Assembly: GCA_030295235.1 (NCBI GenBank)
Contig: AP026173.1
Coordinates: forward strand, 62,001-126,000
DNA: 64,000 nt
Source: Fistulifera solaris
Lineage: Eukaryota
Direction of reading: 5' to 3'
Positions 45,745 to 57,365 of the stretch are shown here, piece after piece. The position numbers and the translations under genes are program-made. The notes below the pieces were generated by a model that was not told the DNA's origin, did not search any database, and saw nothing but the letters and a program-made list of their open reading frames with translations. Position 1 is the stretch's first letter. Every line of letters starts with the position of its first letter.

Positions 45745-48051
45745 ATGAAATCCACGGATATTAATGTTTCTTTAAAAGGCCTGGCTGGAATAACAGTCGA
45801 CTCGACCAAGGCCAATAACAGTCATTTGACGAAAGCGTTTGTTCGAATCGTTCGTGACGGCAAAGTTTGCGCTACTTCCTCGCTGTCACGGCCCCTCCAG
45901 ACGAGTCCCACCGAAACAAACAAAGCCAAAATCAAGCGGCATGTGGCGCTTTGGGATGATAACGTGTTTTCCGTGCCGCGCGATGCGGAACTGCAAATAT
46001 GGCTGCGATTGCCGAGCGGAAAAGATCAGCAAATTGGTGTCGGCAATCTAAAAATGCAGGATGGTGCCACGGATGTGAAACTTCGCGAAGTTCGACAAAA
46101 ACATGGTTCGCCTTATCGTCTCGATGCGAGCGGAGATGCAAAATTGCGTATGCATGTTCTAGCGGCCTCATCGTCGAGCGTTGCGCTCCATCATTCGGGT
46201 TTTGAAATTAGCCCAAAGGAGACTTTACAAACGATATCGAATTGCGAGTTGAGTGTGGACACAATCAACGGGTCGAAAGTATCGCTAACGCGGCCTGATC
46301 CACCGAGTATTGAGGCGGATTCGTTCGAGCCGTCAGTCGAGCAAGTGTTCGTCCCCAAAACCCCGGACCATTCTAAAGATGTAAATGCCAATTCCGAACA
46401 AAAAAGCAAGAACGTGAAAAGAAGTCACCATTCGCCAAATTGATGGGTTGGGGGCGGTCGAAGAAAGCGTATGATAGTTTGCCTCCGGTTCAATCAGGCC
46501 AAAAGACCAAGGAAGCAACAAAGACTGCCTCTCCGGTTCCAGCGAAGCAGGTGAAAGATACGTCCCCGAAAAAGAATTTTTCGGCAGGGACCGTAACGAC
46601 ACCGAAAAAGACTGTACCGGAAGCCAAATCGCCGAAACAAGAGAAGTTAGCTACACCGAAACGAAATGTTTCGATGGTTAAAGTGGAAAATGATCGCTTA
46701 ATTACAACACCCAACAAAATTCCATCAGAAACCCAACTTCAAAAGAATGAGGCAACGACACCACAACAAACAACTTCGCCGGTCCAGGTCCAAAAGAGGA
46801 ATTCTATACACCGAGAAAAGTTGAAGCGGTGGCCCGAATTCAAAGAGACGAAGAGGCGACACCGAAAAGGACGGGCGGAGTCGCCCACGCGAAGAATGAT
46901 TTTGAAACAACCTCTCCAGAGATGGATCCTATAGCGCAGACAAAGAAAGAGTTGTTCCCACCAAAGCCGACAGACACACCGGAAAAGACAGAAAAAGTTG
47001 GAACAAAGAATAATAGTCCGCGAATGGATCCGCCCGATTCTGCTCCGGAGTGGCCGTCATCAACCCTTGAACTAGCGAAGAAAGAGGTCGTTGCCGGTGC
47101 TGAGCGATCGAGTTCTCTCATGACGACGAAAATGACTAACTCCGCTCCACCTGCCCGGCCTTCAGAACCCATCTCATCGCCAGAGTCTCCCCAGCTCTTC
47201 ATGTTCAGTACGCCCAAGGCAGATTTTCGATTGCGCTCCAAATCGAACGAAAACGATGGATTTGAGCAACTGGACTTTTCCTTTCCGACTCCTGATTTTT
47301 CGCGGCATACGACACCTCGCATGGGATCCAAGCAATTCCGCTCGCCACCCACTGTAGAGGACAGACCAGCAACTAACGATCCGAAGCCACTGATTTCACA
47401 GCGGGAAGACAAAGTAGTTTCCGTATCATCCGATCTTCCCCCCGAACTCCCGCGCAACGAACCGGAAAGCAGTCACGACAGAAATCAACAATCCCCACCC
47501 GTCACGAGAACGCCGACTCGGGACATGGACGATTATTCGTTGTTCAGTGAAGAAGACTCAACCTTTATGGCCAAGCCGAAACAAATATTTGGTTTGATCA
47601 AGTGCTGTATCATGGGCGATGAGGATAGTATCTATGGCTTTGACGAGACGTTGACTTTTGACGAAACGTTGGGAGAAGACACCGTGAACTCGTACGATGA
47701 CACAATATCTACGGAGCTTCCGATGAACGATTGGTGGTGTCAAGGTGGTTTGGGGGTAGGTCGCAGACTCCCTCGGTTTTGCGCCGGCGGCAAATATGGA
47801 AGGAGCGAATGCAGCAAATCGCCGAACAGAACGGAGATGTAAAAGAACTGTTTGAAAACGAGTCAGAAGCTAATAGCACACGCGCTGGTGATGATGAAGA
47901 CACTGCTACAAACAATGAACAGCAAGAGGAACCGGGATTAAAAGCAGTAAATGCTAAAGAAAAACCCGAGAACAGCGCAATGAACGCCGCCAACAGCGAA
48001 GTGTTGGGACCAATGGAACCTCCTTCAATGAGCGTCAAGATCACTCCTTGA
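45745..48051 (+). CDS. Divergent C2-like N-domain family, member C; frameshifts near 46430, 46840 and 47760
   Basis: KGLAGITVDS...RHVALW...LDASGDAKLRM; chained ORFs ending at 46443, 46934, 47842 and 48051, rich in S/T-P-K motifs. Confidence 0.7.
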
Positions 48052-48419
48052 AGGAACTTGCTACTTGGGCTATCAAAATGTCCTACGGTGTATCTTTAGT
48101 GATGACTAGCTGTGCTAGATTCATAAAACCTGGTTAAGATTAAACGTTTTCTAGCTAGGCTATAGTGCTATGTAGCTATATAGAGACGTGATGTCGTCTG
48201 GCAGGTGTGCGTTTTCATTTATTTTTTTGTTAAAAAATTTGAATTTTTGCGGAAGAAATACCGGGGTACTTTGTTGGCCATAGCCAAATTGTTCCCTACA
48301 TTTTAGCTTATAGCAACTTTTGTGGGAGACATTTTCGAGGTTTTGTGGGGAAGCCTTCTGGCGTATCGCATCAATCAAGCAAAAGAGATGACATTCATAA
48401 TAATAACAATGGCATCGTA

Positions 48420-50432
48420 ATGAGTTTGACAACAACAGCAACTTCCAACACTATTCAATTAGTTATCAAAGGACTAGCCGGTGTTTTGGTTGACTCATCC
48501 GCCGCTGGTGACGACAAAGTACGCGTCTACGTGCGCGTTTTCGGTGGAGGAGTTTTGCAAGGCGTATCGCCGTGCTCTCATCGCCTCCGACCAACCGGCA
48601 ATGTTGTATATTCTCTGCAGCGGTACGTCGCATCATGGTCACAACGTCATGCGAAATCGATCCGTCTGGATACGTCGAAAGGTCGAGTAGTGCAACTACA
48701 AATATGGTTACAATTTCCGGACGAAGAGACTTGCATGATCGGGAGAGGAGAATGGGTCTGCGCAAACCATAAGAATGAAGATGTATCAGATGTCGAGATA
48801 GCTTGCTGCTTATCCGATGATATGAAGGATTCATTTCCGTATCGGATTGATCCAAGAGGTGATGCGGTGCTGCGTGTAGCAATGATTTCGATGGATGCAA
48901 AGAATGAATTGCTGTCACCTGTGCAACGAGATCCGCCGGGGTTGGAAAGCACATTAGGGCCATTGGAGCTATCCACAGAACAAATACTACATTCACCTGC
49001 CAAGGCACTATCTGAAACGTCGGCAGTTCCTGCGACGATGGAAGCCGAAACTCCTTCTCCAAAAAAGAAAGTCTCATTCTCTCCGACCAAGCTTGAAACT
49101 CGAATCATCATCCCATCAGCCAACAAAAAGTCCATGCCATTCTTTTCGGCGCTCTTTGGCGGTAACAAAGATAGGAAGGGATTTTCGAACAAAAACATTC
49201 GTGGAAAAAATAGTGTCGCTTCAAAGTCGAGAATCCGAGCTAGAGCCACGACCATTTCGGTGGCTCCCGTCATTCCCCAACAGAAATTCTCTCCTATAGC
49301 TGGAAAAGAAATAGATGAAATGAGTTCTGTGACGAGCCATGCAGACGAAACTTCTTTTGTCTGGAACGGCTCACCATTGCGCAGAAATACGGTTTTTGAA
49401 GCGGTTGAGAAGCCACACACACCCATCCAACCATTGACTCAACGCACGGTGGTAGTCTCGCCGGATCCTCCCGAAAGGTCGGTCCATTTGTCAATGAACA
49501 CCGACATCGAGGCTTTGTCAAATAGTGCGACGGAGGAGGAAGAAACCGAATTGGTCGATTTGTTATTGGACGCATCCGAAGCGAGTGCGACAATAGAGAC
49601 GAATGCGGTTCGATCGACCAGCCCCGTCGAGCTAAAGAGGGAAAGTTCTTTGTCTGCTGTTGAAGCCCCCGTTCCTCTACATCAAGGAATGCAGGAATCC
49701 GACATTCGTGTCTCAGCTAAAACAATATCAGGAATGGGGCCGTATTCAGAAATAGGTCTCGACGACACACCAGACGAGTTCATCCACTCACAATTATCAG
49801 ACCACAGTGATCACAACGAACTTACAATTCAAGAGAGCTCATTGTCAAATCCTACGCAATATCCAGAGACCTTGTCAACCAGTTCGACGGAGGCCAGTGA
49901 AAGGATCATGATTCTGAATGGAAATCGATCGCATGTTTCGAGCGAAACATTTGAAAGAAATGATGGTCGAACAGCTTCTCATCGAGAAGAAGTCACCTCT
50001 GAGGCGAAAAATACAGCTTTAAAAACATTGAGCACTACAACAGTTGTCCCCGATAGTCCAAAGCATGATCTCGCGCAGTCAAACTGGCGAACGATGACAA
50101 TCGATCACACCACAGACTTAACTTTCCAACAAGAGAGTTGCCTGCAGACGAATAAAAAAGAAAACACAAATCTTGACCGCTTTTCTTCCCGGCACCTTCC
50201 GTCGCCGGAGCAAATGAGCCTGATATGGGATGGCAAGTTTCTAGGAAGCTCACCGGAAGCATACGACGTTTCTGAGGTAACGGTCGAGTCTCTCACGACA
50301 ACCGACAACGAATCGAATTTCCTATTCTCTTTCGATCGAAAAGATAGTAGTGAAGAAAGCAATCACCAATCATGGCGTTCTGCTAGAGACGATGAATCAT
50401 TTTATACAGCTGGATGTATCAGTGGATGTTGA
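48420..50432 (+). CDS. Divergent C2-like N-domain family, member D
   Basis: KGLAGVLVDS...RYVASW...IDPRGDAVLRV, then an S/T/E-rich disordered region. Confidence 0.82.
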   Translation: MSLTTTATSNTIQLVIKGLAGVLVDSSAAGDDKVRVYVRVFGGGVLQGVSPCSHRLRPTGNVVYSLQRYVASWSQRHAKSIRLDTSKGRVVQLQIWLQFPDEETCMIGRGEWVCANHKNEDVSDVEIACCLSDDMKDSFPYRIDPRGDAVLRVAMISMDAKNELLSPVQRDPPGLESTLGPLELSTEQILHSPAKALSETSAVPATMEAETPSPKKKVSFSPTKLETRIIIPSANKKSMPFFSALFGGNKDRKGFSNKNIRGKNSVASKSRIRARATTISVAPVIPQQKFSPIAGKEIDEMSSVTSHADETSFVWNGSPLRRNTVFEAVEKPHTPIQPLTQRTVVVSPDPPERSVHLSMNTDIEALSNSATEEEETELVDLLLDASEASATIETNAVRSTSPVELKRESSLSAVEAPVPLHQGMQESDIRVSAKTISGMGPYSEIGLDDTPDEFIHSQLSDHSDHNELTIQESSLSNPTQYPETLSTSSTEASERIMILNGNRSHVSSETFERNDGRTASHREEVTSEAKNTALKTLSTTTVVPDSPKHDLAQSNWRTMTIDHTTDLTFQQESCLQTNKKENTNLDRFSSRHLPSPEQMSLIWDGKFLGSSPEAYDVSEVTVESLTTTDNESNFLFSFDRKDSSEESNHQSWRSARDDESFYTAGCISGC

Positions 50433-50872
50433 TAAGGAAATAGAGACATGAACAAAATGGCGTTTTTATTGATCCTCGAGTGCGGCTCGTAATGTATCCG
50501 TAATGATTGAGAAATGGACTAATAACTACAAGTTGGATTCTAGGCTCTAGTGTGTCACGTGTTGGGAGATCAAAATGGACACCACTTTTATCGCATTTAT
50601 TTCGGAGTTTGTTTTGTCTTCATTTCGATTTTATTGGGACGAGCCAAAAAGTGAGCCGTTTGGGTGCATTTTTCGACAGCGAAGCTGAATACCGGATGAA
50701 ATCACATGTTCTCTTTTGCCTTAGTTTGCCATAGTCGACTGTCTTTCCGGTAACTACGGTACTACTTTCAAGTAGGCGAGTCTTGTGAAACACTTTTCGA
50801 CAGAACAAAAACAAAAAAAATCATCGGCTTTCCGTTCCCCATCACTCTTTCATTGTTATTCAACCCACCAAC

Positions 50873-51989
50873 ATGAACTCCAACAAGGAAAAGACGAAAT
50901 ACGAGTCTGTTCGCCTAGTGTTTCAAGGACTGGTGGGCCTTGTGATTGATCCTACGCAAATTGATCCAGCTCATTTGCGGATATTTGTGACGGTTACTCC
51001 CAGCGATCAAACGTGTCGAAAATCTCGCTGTTCGCATCCGATCAAACTATCACAGACAAATCAATCTTTTTCCTCTCATGAACGGCGATACGTAGCCATA
51101 TGGCAGGGGAGACGACAACGGCATCTTGTTGAACGTGAAACCGAAAGAGATTCTACTCCTTCAAATTTGTGTCCAGTTTGCTTCGGGTAGTAATTTGGCG
51201 TTGGGTTACTGCAAATGGCGATCTGCACGAAAAGGAAATGTAGATCTCATTATTAAACACTACAAGCAAGAAGGCGCTGCCATTCAGATAGATGCAAAAG
51301 GAGACGCGATGTTGCGATTTACCTCGGCCGTTGAAGTGGACGCATCGTACTCGAGTTCATTATCGGTAGGCCAAAAACCAGTTCTTTTGCCATCTTTCAA
51401 AGATAAATCAAGTTCAATGCGAGATTCTAGAAGGAATGCAAATAGAACACCGCTCGATCATGACGACGAAGATGATAGTACTTCTACTTTGTGTGATACA
51501 ACTGTTACAGGGAACCTTCAAACACGTCCCCGACTGCACAGCGACAGCAGCAGTATAACGATTCGACACAAGAATACATCGCGTTTTAGCGAAACAAATA
51601 GGAAAGAGGATTCATCGTCCTTTACTGGAGATCACTGTGAGTGGAATTCCTTTGATACACCCGAGTGCTTCCGAGATCCACAACATAGTCAATCGTGGTT
51701 CCGAATGACCCAGAAGAGCAAGTTCCGAGGTATTGACAACGACCAGGATGAAAAGATACATTTAGCGCCGAGGTCGCCGCGGAATAGTGGTAGTAAAGGA
51801 TCCATAGTTGTGTTCGATTTTCCGAGTCACTCCGAGATAGATGTACTAGGAACGCCAAGATGCGAAGATCTTGACAGCACCAGCGTGTCGAGTGACAGCG
51901 ATGAGGGCAAAGAGGCTGACCACTTGAAACGAGACGCCTGGAACAATAATGCACGCGGAGTTTACGGCAATCTGTTGATCGGTAAATGA
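50873..51989 (+). CDS. Divergent C2-like N-domain family, member E; frameshift near 51105-51125
   Basis: QGLVGLVID...RYVAIW in ORF 50873..51190 continues as LLQICVQF...IDAKGDAMLRF in ORF 51126..51989. Confidence 0.75.
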
Positions 51990-52920
51990 AATTTTTGGAC
52001 TATTTAAGGACATGATTGTGCAAAAAGCATAAGGTCACTATAATCAAATAATTCCAGACAACATAGATTTTTTACCTTAATGTAACCGAGATAGTTCTAG
52101 CACATTGAGTGTGCAGAACGAATGGAATTTAGGAACGTTGGCAAAAACGCGGCACGGTCGACAAATTGACTCGTGACCCAGATCCAGTCGTGATGTCCTT
52201 GAACCAACACTATACGTCTATAGTAATTTAGCGAAGACAACCATACGCGTGACTTTTCGTCAATTTCAAATGCTTCAACAACTTCCAAAGCTGTTGCTTA
52301 ATATAATCATGAATTGAACAATTGATATTGCACAAACTTGCAGAAGGAACGGATTTTATGTGGAAGTTAGGCTCGGACGACAAATGACTCATGACTGAAA
52401 TCCAGTCGTGGTGTCTTTCCGTTTATAGTAATCAGTAGAGTGTCGTACCGTAAGGACTCCTTACTCATTTATCTAAGCATAAAATTAGAATCAAGAAAGC
52501 ACGGGTCGTTCCCTCCAAAATCCTTTCCGGTGCTCAACAGTTCAGTCCCGGTTTATTTCTGTGTCTCTAAGTAGTATTTCTCTGACAGTAAAGCATTAAG
52601 TAATAATTCCAGCTCCTAATACAGAATAGTCTTAGTCAGAAGGTGTTCGACTTTGTCCATACTCCTTGCTCGCCCGCGAATGTTGTATAGTCCATTATGT
52701 AGACTTGGCTTCCGTTGGATTTGGATTTTTGGAATTTCGCCGATACGTTTGTGTACTCGAAGACGGATGTTTGCGATCGAGCGTCCGCAGGTCCAGATTC
52801 TCCCTCCCTTTCTGTTGTTGTTTGATTGCATTCGTCGTCGTAGATGATGATACTATCTTGGAGGTATTCATGCGGTCTTTGTAACTCATTCTTTCGTTTT
52901 TAACGTACGCTTCGTCGATC

Positions 52921-55900
52921 ATGAAAACGAAAGGCGCCAGCATTACGTTTCAATTTCAAGGACTGGCTGGATTGCTCGTCGATTCATCGCGGACGGAAGC
53001 CCGCAAAATCCGTGCGTTGATCCGCATTTTCGATAAGAATGATTTGTTGGCAGTCTCTTCTTGTTCGACTTTTTTACAAAAATCTCCGACCGAAGATGCT
53101 TCTAGCAATTTAGTGCGACACGTGGCTGTTTGGGAAGAGAATTCTGTCACTGTTAGCAGCACGCGTCACTTGTTGCGATTGCACATTCTGTTGAAATTTC
53201 CTTCCGGAAGTACTTTGTCGGTCGGACAATGTGACTGGACTCCTTCCTCGCAGGAAAATTTGCAAGTTCGCGCCTTTCGTTGGGAAGAAGCGGCCGTCAA
53301 AATGGATACAGAAGGAGATGCGGTGTTGCGGGTGCGTGTCACGCACAATTTAACGACAAAGAATACCACGCCCCTCCACGACAGTTTGGGTTCACTCGAT
53401 TATTCCTTTTCGCAAAGTGAAACCATGCTGGATACTACCGATTTAGTAGGATTTGCCGTCGAAGGTGACAAGCCGAAAAGTCCCACAGTGCGGAAACCGA
53501 AGGATCGTCTAATAAAAACAAATACGGATCGCTTTGTCTCTACCAACATGTCACCGGCCATGGCCATGGATCCATTGGCGATACGGCGCTTATTTCGAGC
53601 GCGACCCGAACCGGTCGTGGTGAATGAGCCGAAGAATGAAGAGTCTTCCGTCCAGTCCACGGATAGCGGTTTGATTATTATTGTGGAACAGGAGAAAGAG
53701 TCGCCGCCTCCGCTCAAGTCGGCGTCAGTGACTGTGTCTCCCGAGCATTTGGACTATTTGGCGAAAAATAAAACCCAAGTCTTAGGACCTTCCTCTTCCC
53801 AGTCCAGTCACGATCATGAAGGTCCTCCCGTTCGAGCGGTCACACCGACCCCCGAATTGCCTCCGGTGGAGTCCATCGAGTTTATTGAGAAACAAGAAAC
53901 GGCGAAAATAGTCCCTGCGGTAACTCCCGAAAAAGCGGTTCCAAGTCCAGCACCCACCAAAAAGAAGAAGTCGTCGAAGCGTCTGTTTCATTCCAAAAAG
54001 AAGAAAAAGAATGACAAACGACAAAAGTCGTTGCTGGCTCTGGAAGACCGAGATGAAATCAAACCGCAGGACGTTTCGCCCGTTCCGAAACGGTTTGCGA
54101 AAATCAAGTCGTTTTTCAAACGACCGTGGACGAGCGAGAAACTGTACTGTGAAGAGGGTCATGCTGCCCCAGTATCGAAGGGAAAAGAAGTCAAAGTAGA
54201 TGCTACGGAAATGAATTATGCTCTACTCAGTGCCTCAAGTTGCAAGCCTCCTCCCGAAGACGAATCGACCGATCTGAGTCGCAGCGGGGAGGCACGGAGT
54301 GAGTCTCTCCTGCAAGTGAGAGACCAAAACGTTACACCGGTGGATGAGTTTTACAGCTCCGCTTTGATGGAAAATTATTTTTCGGGCAAGCCCTGTGTCG
54401 ACGGTGCTGCCCACATCACTCCCGAGACGGTCACTACTGTGGCTACGACTCCCGAGCGGGCGGTGAAAGCGCTGTTGCACCAACCCTTTCTCGGAGAAGA
54501 GACACCCGATGCTCCGAATGTTCCAAACTCAGAGGACATTAATGTAGGAACACACTCTCTTGCCTGTACCGATTGCTCGCTAGTACAGATAGGAGACGAT
54601 GGTGAGGGTGATAACCTTTCCGCGATTCCGGAAAAGAGTAGCCCGACGAGCTCGTCCAGCAACAACTGGTCGAATGGTACACCCGTTCATGTAGCCCCCG
54701 TTAGGAAGGATGAAGATCCTGCCATTACAGCTAATCGTCGCACGATAGGTGCATCCACATCGTTCGACGCCGAAATCCACGGTACACCTGTCTCCAACGA
54801 TCTTGCGTCACAAGAAAATCAGCAAGACAACGGGACTTCACCGCTGTGCAAAGAAAACAACAATTGGGAAGCATTTAATGGAAGTTTCGCAGCTGAACAA
54901 CCGTGGGTTGCTTCCGCCTTTAACAGTTCCGAATCAGCGTTCAGTGAAATTTCTCTGCATTGGCGGCAGAAACAAGACAACAGCGAGCCTCAAGAGCCAA
55001 TGTGGGAAAGCCTCTTGATACCTCCAGTGGAAGATACTATGAATGGACACGTACACGGAAAGAGGATACAGATTCAACTGAAGTCATCCCCGCAAGACAC
55101 GTCTCAATCTTATGATTCACAACTTACATCGACCCAGCCTGTTGGTCCGTGTTCAATAGAATCCATCATTAGCGACAAAATGAATTTGCAAACAGCGAGC
55201 GACGAAAGTAATGCGTTGTTTTTCTTACGTGCTGGCGATGAAGCAATCAAAAACAAGCAATCAGAAGACGGAGATCAATGGATTGTTTTTGACGACAAAG
55301 CGAGACTGGGAGGAGCATGTGCTTCTCATGTAGTGAATGAGGATGATGATGAAGAAGTCGTCCTTTTCATAAAGATACCGATGTTCATGGAATAGGCTCA
55401 CTGGTCGACTGGAATGTTGGGGAAGTCTTCGATCCAACAGATGCGTTCGAAGATGCTGTTCAGGATCTGGACACGGTCTCGGACAAGGGAGATGACGTGA
55501 TCGTCACAACTACGCAAATGAATCTGGATTATTCGATATTGAGTGAAGAGCTCATGATGGACTTGCTGCCATCTAGGAATGCGACGCCCGAGCGTACCGT
55601 CGACGCGTCACCTGGACGCATGGCCTTTTGCTTTCCAAATCGCCCAAGACGCCATTCCCTCTTGCGACTCGTCCGGCAGAATCTATCGACACTGATAAGG
55701 AAATGACAAAAGTGAAGTCATGGCAAAAACCAAAACACAGACTAAGACATTTGCTCGTCGACTAAAAGACGGCCTTTTCGGGATACTGGTTTGCGGATCA
55801 CACGTCAAAGTGTTGTCGACAGACGACGATGATGATGAGCATGAAAGCGATGATGACAGTCACTCTTATGCAGACTCGTATCCTATTTGGTCACAGTCTC

Positions 55901-56166
55901 GTAATCGGAATAGTGCGAAAATAGTGGCAAGGAAGAAGGGAATGCACGCCTCGAAAAAACGACGAGTTGTGCAAAACAGACCTAGCAACAACAAGAAGGA
56001 ATCGATACCACCTTCTCATCTAGGCAAGCAACGAGATTACCGAATGCACAAGACGTTCAGTGACGGTGGCTCTCCTCCAATCCATGACCGAGTTCTATCC
56101 CCCGCTTTGTCGGATGCAGAAGATCTCGCTTGGGCGAAAGCGAGCGCATCCCGACACTGGGTTTAA
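52921..56166 (+). CDS. Divergent C2-like N-domain family, member F; probably extends past 55395 via frameshifts (~55355, ~55690)
   Basis: QGLAGLLVDS...RHVAVW...MDTEGDAVLRV in an 824-aa ORF. An alternative frame from ~55357 (SRPFHKDTDVHG...) stays open into ORF 55497..55706, followed by ORF 55720..56166. Confidence 0.72.
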
Positions 56167-56498
56167 CCATCGCACTCGTTCTAACCTCGACGACCCTATG
56201 CTGCTGTAGACCTAAAATTCCGCATCTATTAATGTAACACTTGTTCTTTACTCTTTCTCTAGACTAGGTGTTTGCCGAAACGTTTCCCACCTCGCTTTGG
56301 CTTTTTCATTTCCTCACCTTCTCTGGAGTGACGACCGCACGACAGACAGCCCATAGTTTTTTAACACGCCTTTTTTTTTTAACGCGGAAAATTTTGTTGT
56401 TGATCTTTCGCAAAAGAAGATAAATATAAATGCATAGCAATAGATTGCTAGAAACTACCACACATCGTTCTTTTCCTTGTTATTATAGCGATTTTCTT

Positions 56499-57263
56499 AT
56501 GATGTCACACGATATTCTCTTATCGGAATGTCAAGATCCCAGCTGCCAGGCGGCTGCGATTTATCAATGTCCTCGATGTCAATTCCGTTCATGTTCGTTA
56601 CGTTGCTGTCAAGCACACAAGCAAAGAATAAAGTGTAACGGCAAACGAGATCGTACGCAGTTTCTACCGATGAATCAAATGAGTGATGCGACGTTGACGA
56701 GCGACTATTTCTTTTTAGAAGATGTCATGCGACAAGTCAAAAAGCCGCGTCTGTCGCCCGCAATAATTCAAAATAATACAACCGAGACGCATCCTTTACT
56801 ACAACCAGTCGATAAAATGGATCGGTTTCAACGACCGCCGCAACATTACCCTCCAAAAGTCCGGAAGTTAGTACAGGCGGCAGCATCACGAGGGACTCGT
56901 ATTATGATTCAACCCTCCGGCCTTTCGAGGCATCAAGAGAATCGATCGTACGTGAACAAAGAAGGGATTATTTATTGGAATGTGGAGATTATAACCATTA
57001 TGGAGGGGTCTGGTAAAGAGAGGGAACGGGTTTTAACAGGTCCTGTTGCAGAAACGTCTCCCGTCCGCGATGTTGTGCCGATTGCCATACCCACTGGCTT
57101 TGCATATTATCTTCGTCGCTTTCCTTCCGTCGCCCACCAGCCTGTAAATATCGATTGCACGTGGAAAGAAGTTCTTCAAGATATGACCATTATTGAGTTT
57201 CCGACCCTGTATATTGGTCCCAAATCGAAATTTTCTCAAGCAATTGCAGAAATGGAATCGTGA
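56499..57263 (+). CDS. BCD1: Box C/D snoRNP assembly protein (zf-HIT)
   Basis: C..C...AIYQCPRCQFRSCSLRCCQAHKQRIKCNGKRDRT, SDYFFLED, P.G.SRH.ENRS, IYWNVE and L...TIIEFPT, as in BCD1/ZNHIT6. Confidence 0.9.
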   Translation: MMSHDILLSECQDPSCQAAAIYQCPRCQFRSCSLRCCQAHKQRIKCNGKRDRTQFLPMNQMSDATLTSDYFFLEDVMRQVKKPRLSPAIIQNNTTETHPLLQPVDKMDRFQRPPQHYPPKVRKLVQAAASRGTRIMIQPSGLSRHQENRSYVNKEGIIYWNVEIITIMEGSGKERERVLTGPVAETSPVRDVVPIAIPTGFAYYLRRFPSVAHQPVNIDCTWKEVLQDMTIIEFPTLYIGPKSKFSQAIAEMES

Positions 57264-57365
57264 ATGTGTTGAGGCGCTTTTCCTAGTCGTGTTCGAATGC
57301 TACAACCAAACTAAGAAAATGAAGATTTGAGATTAAATTTACAACTGTTGCCTTGTACCTCTAGC

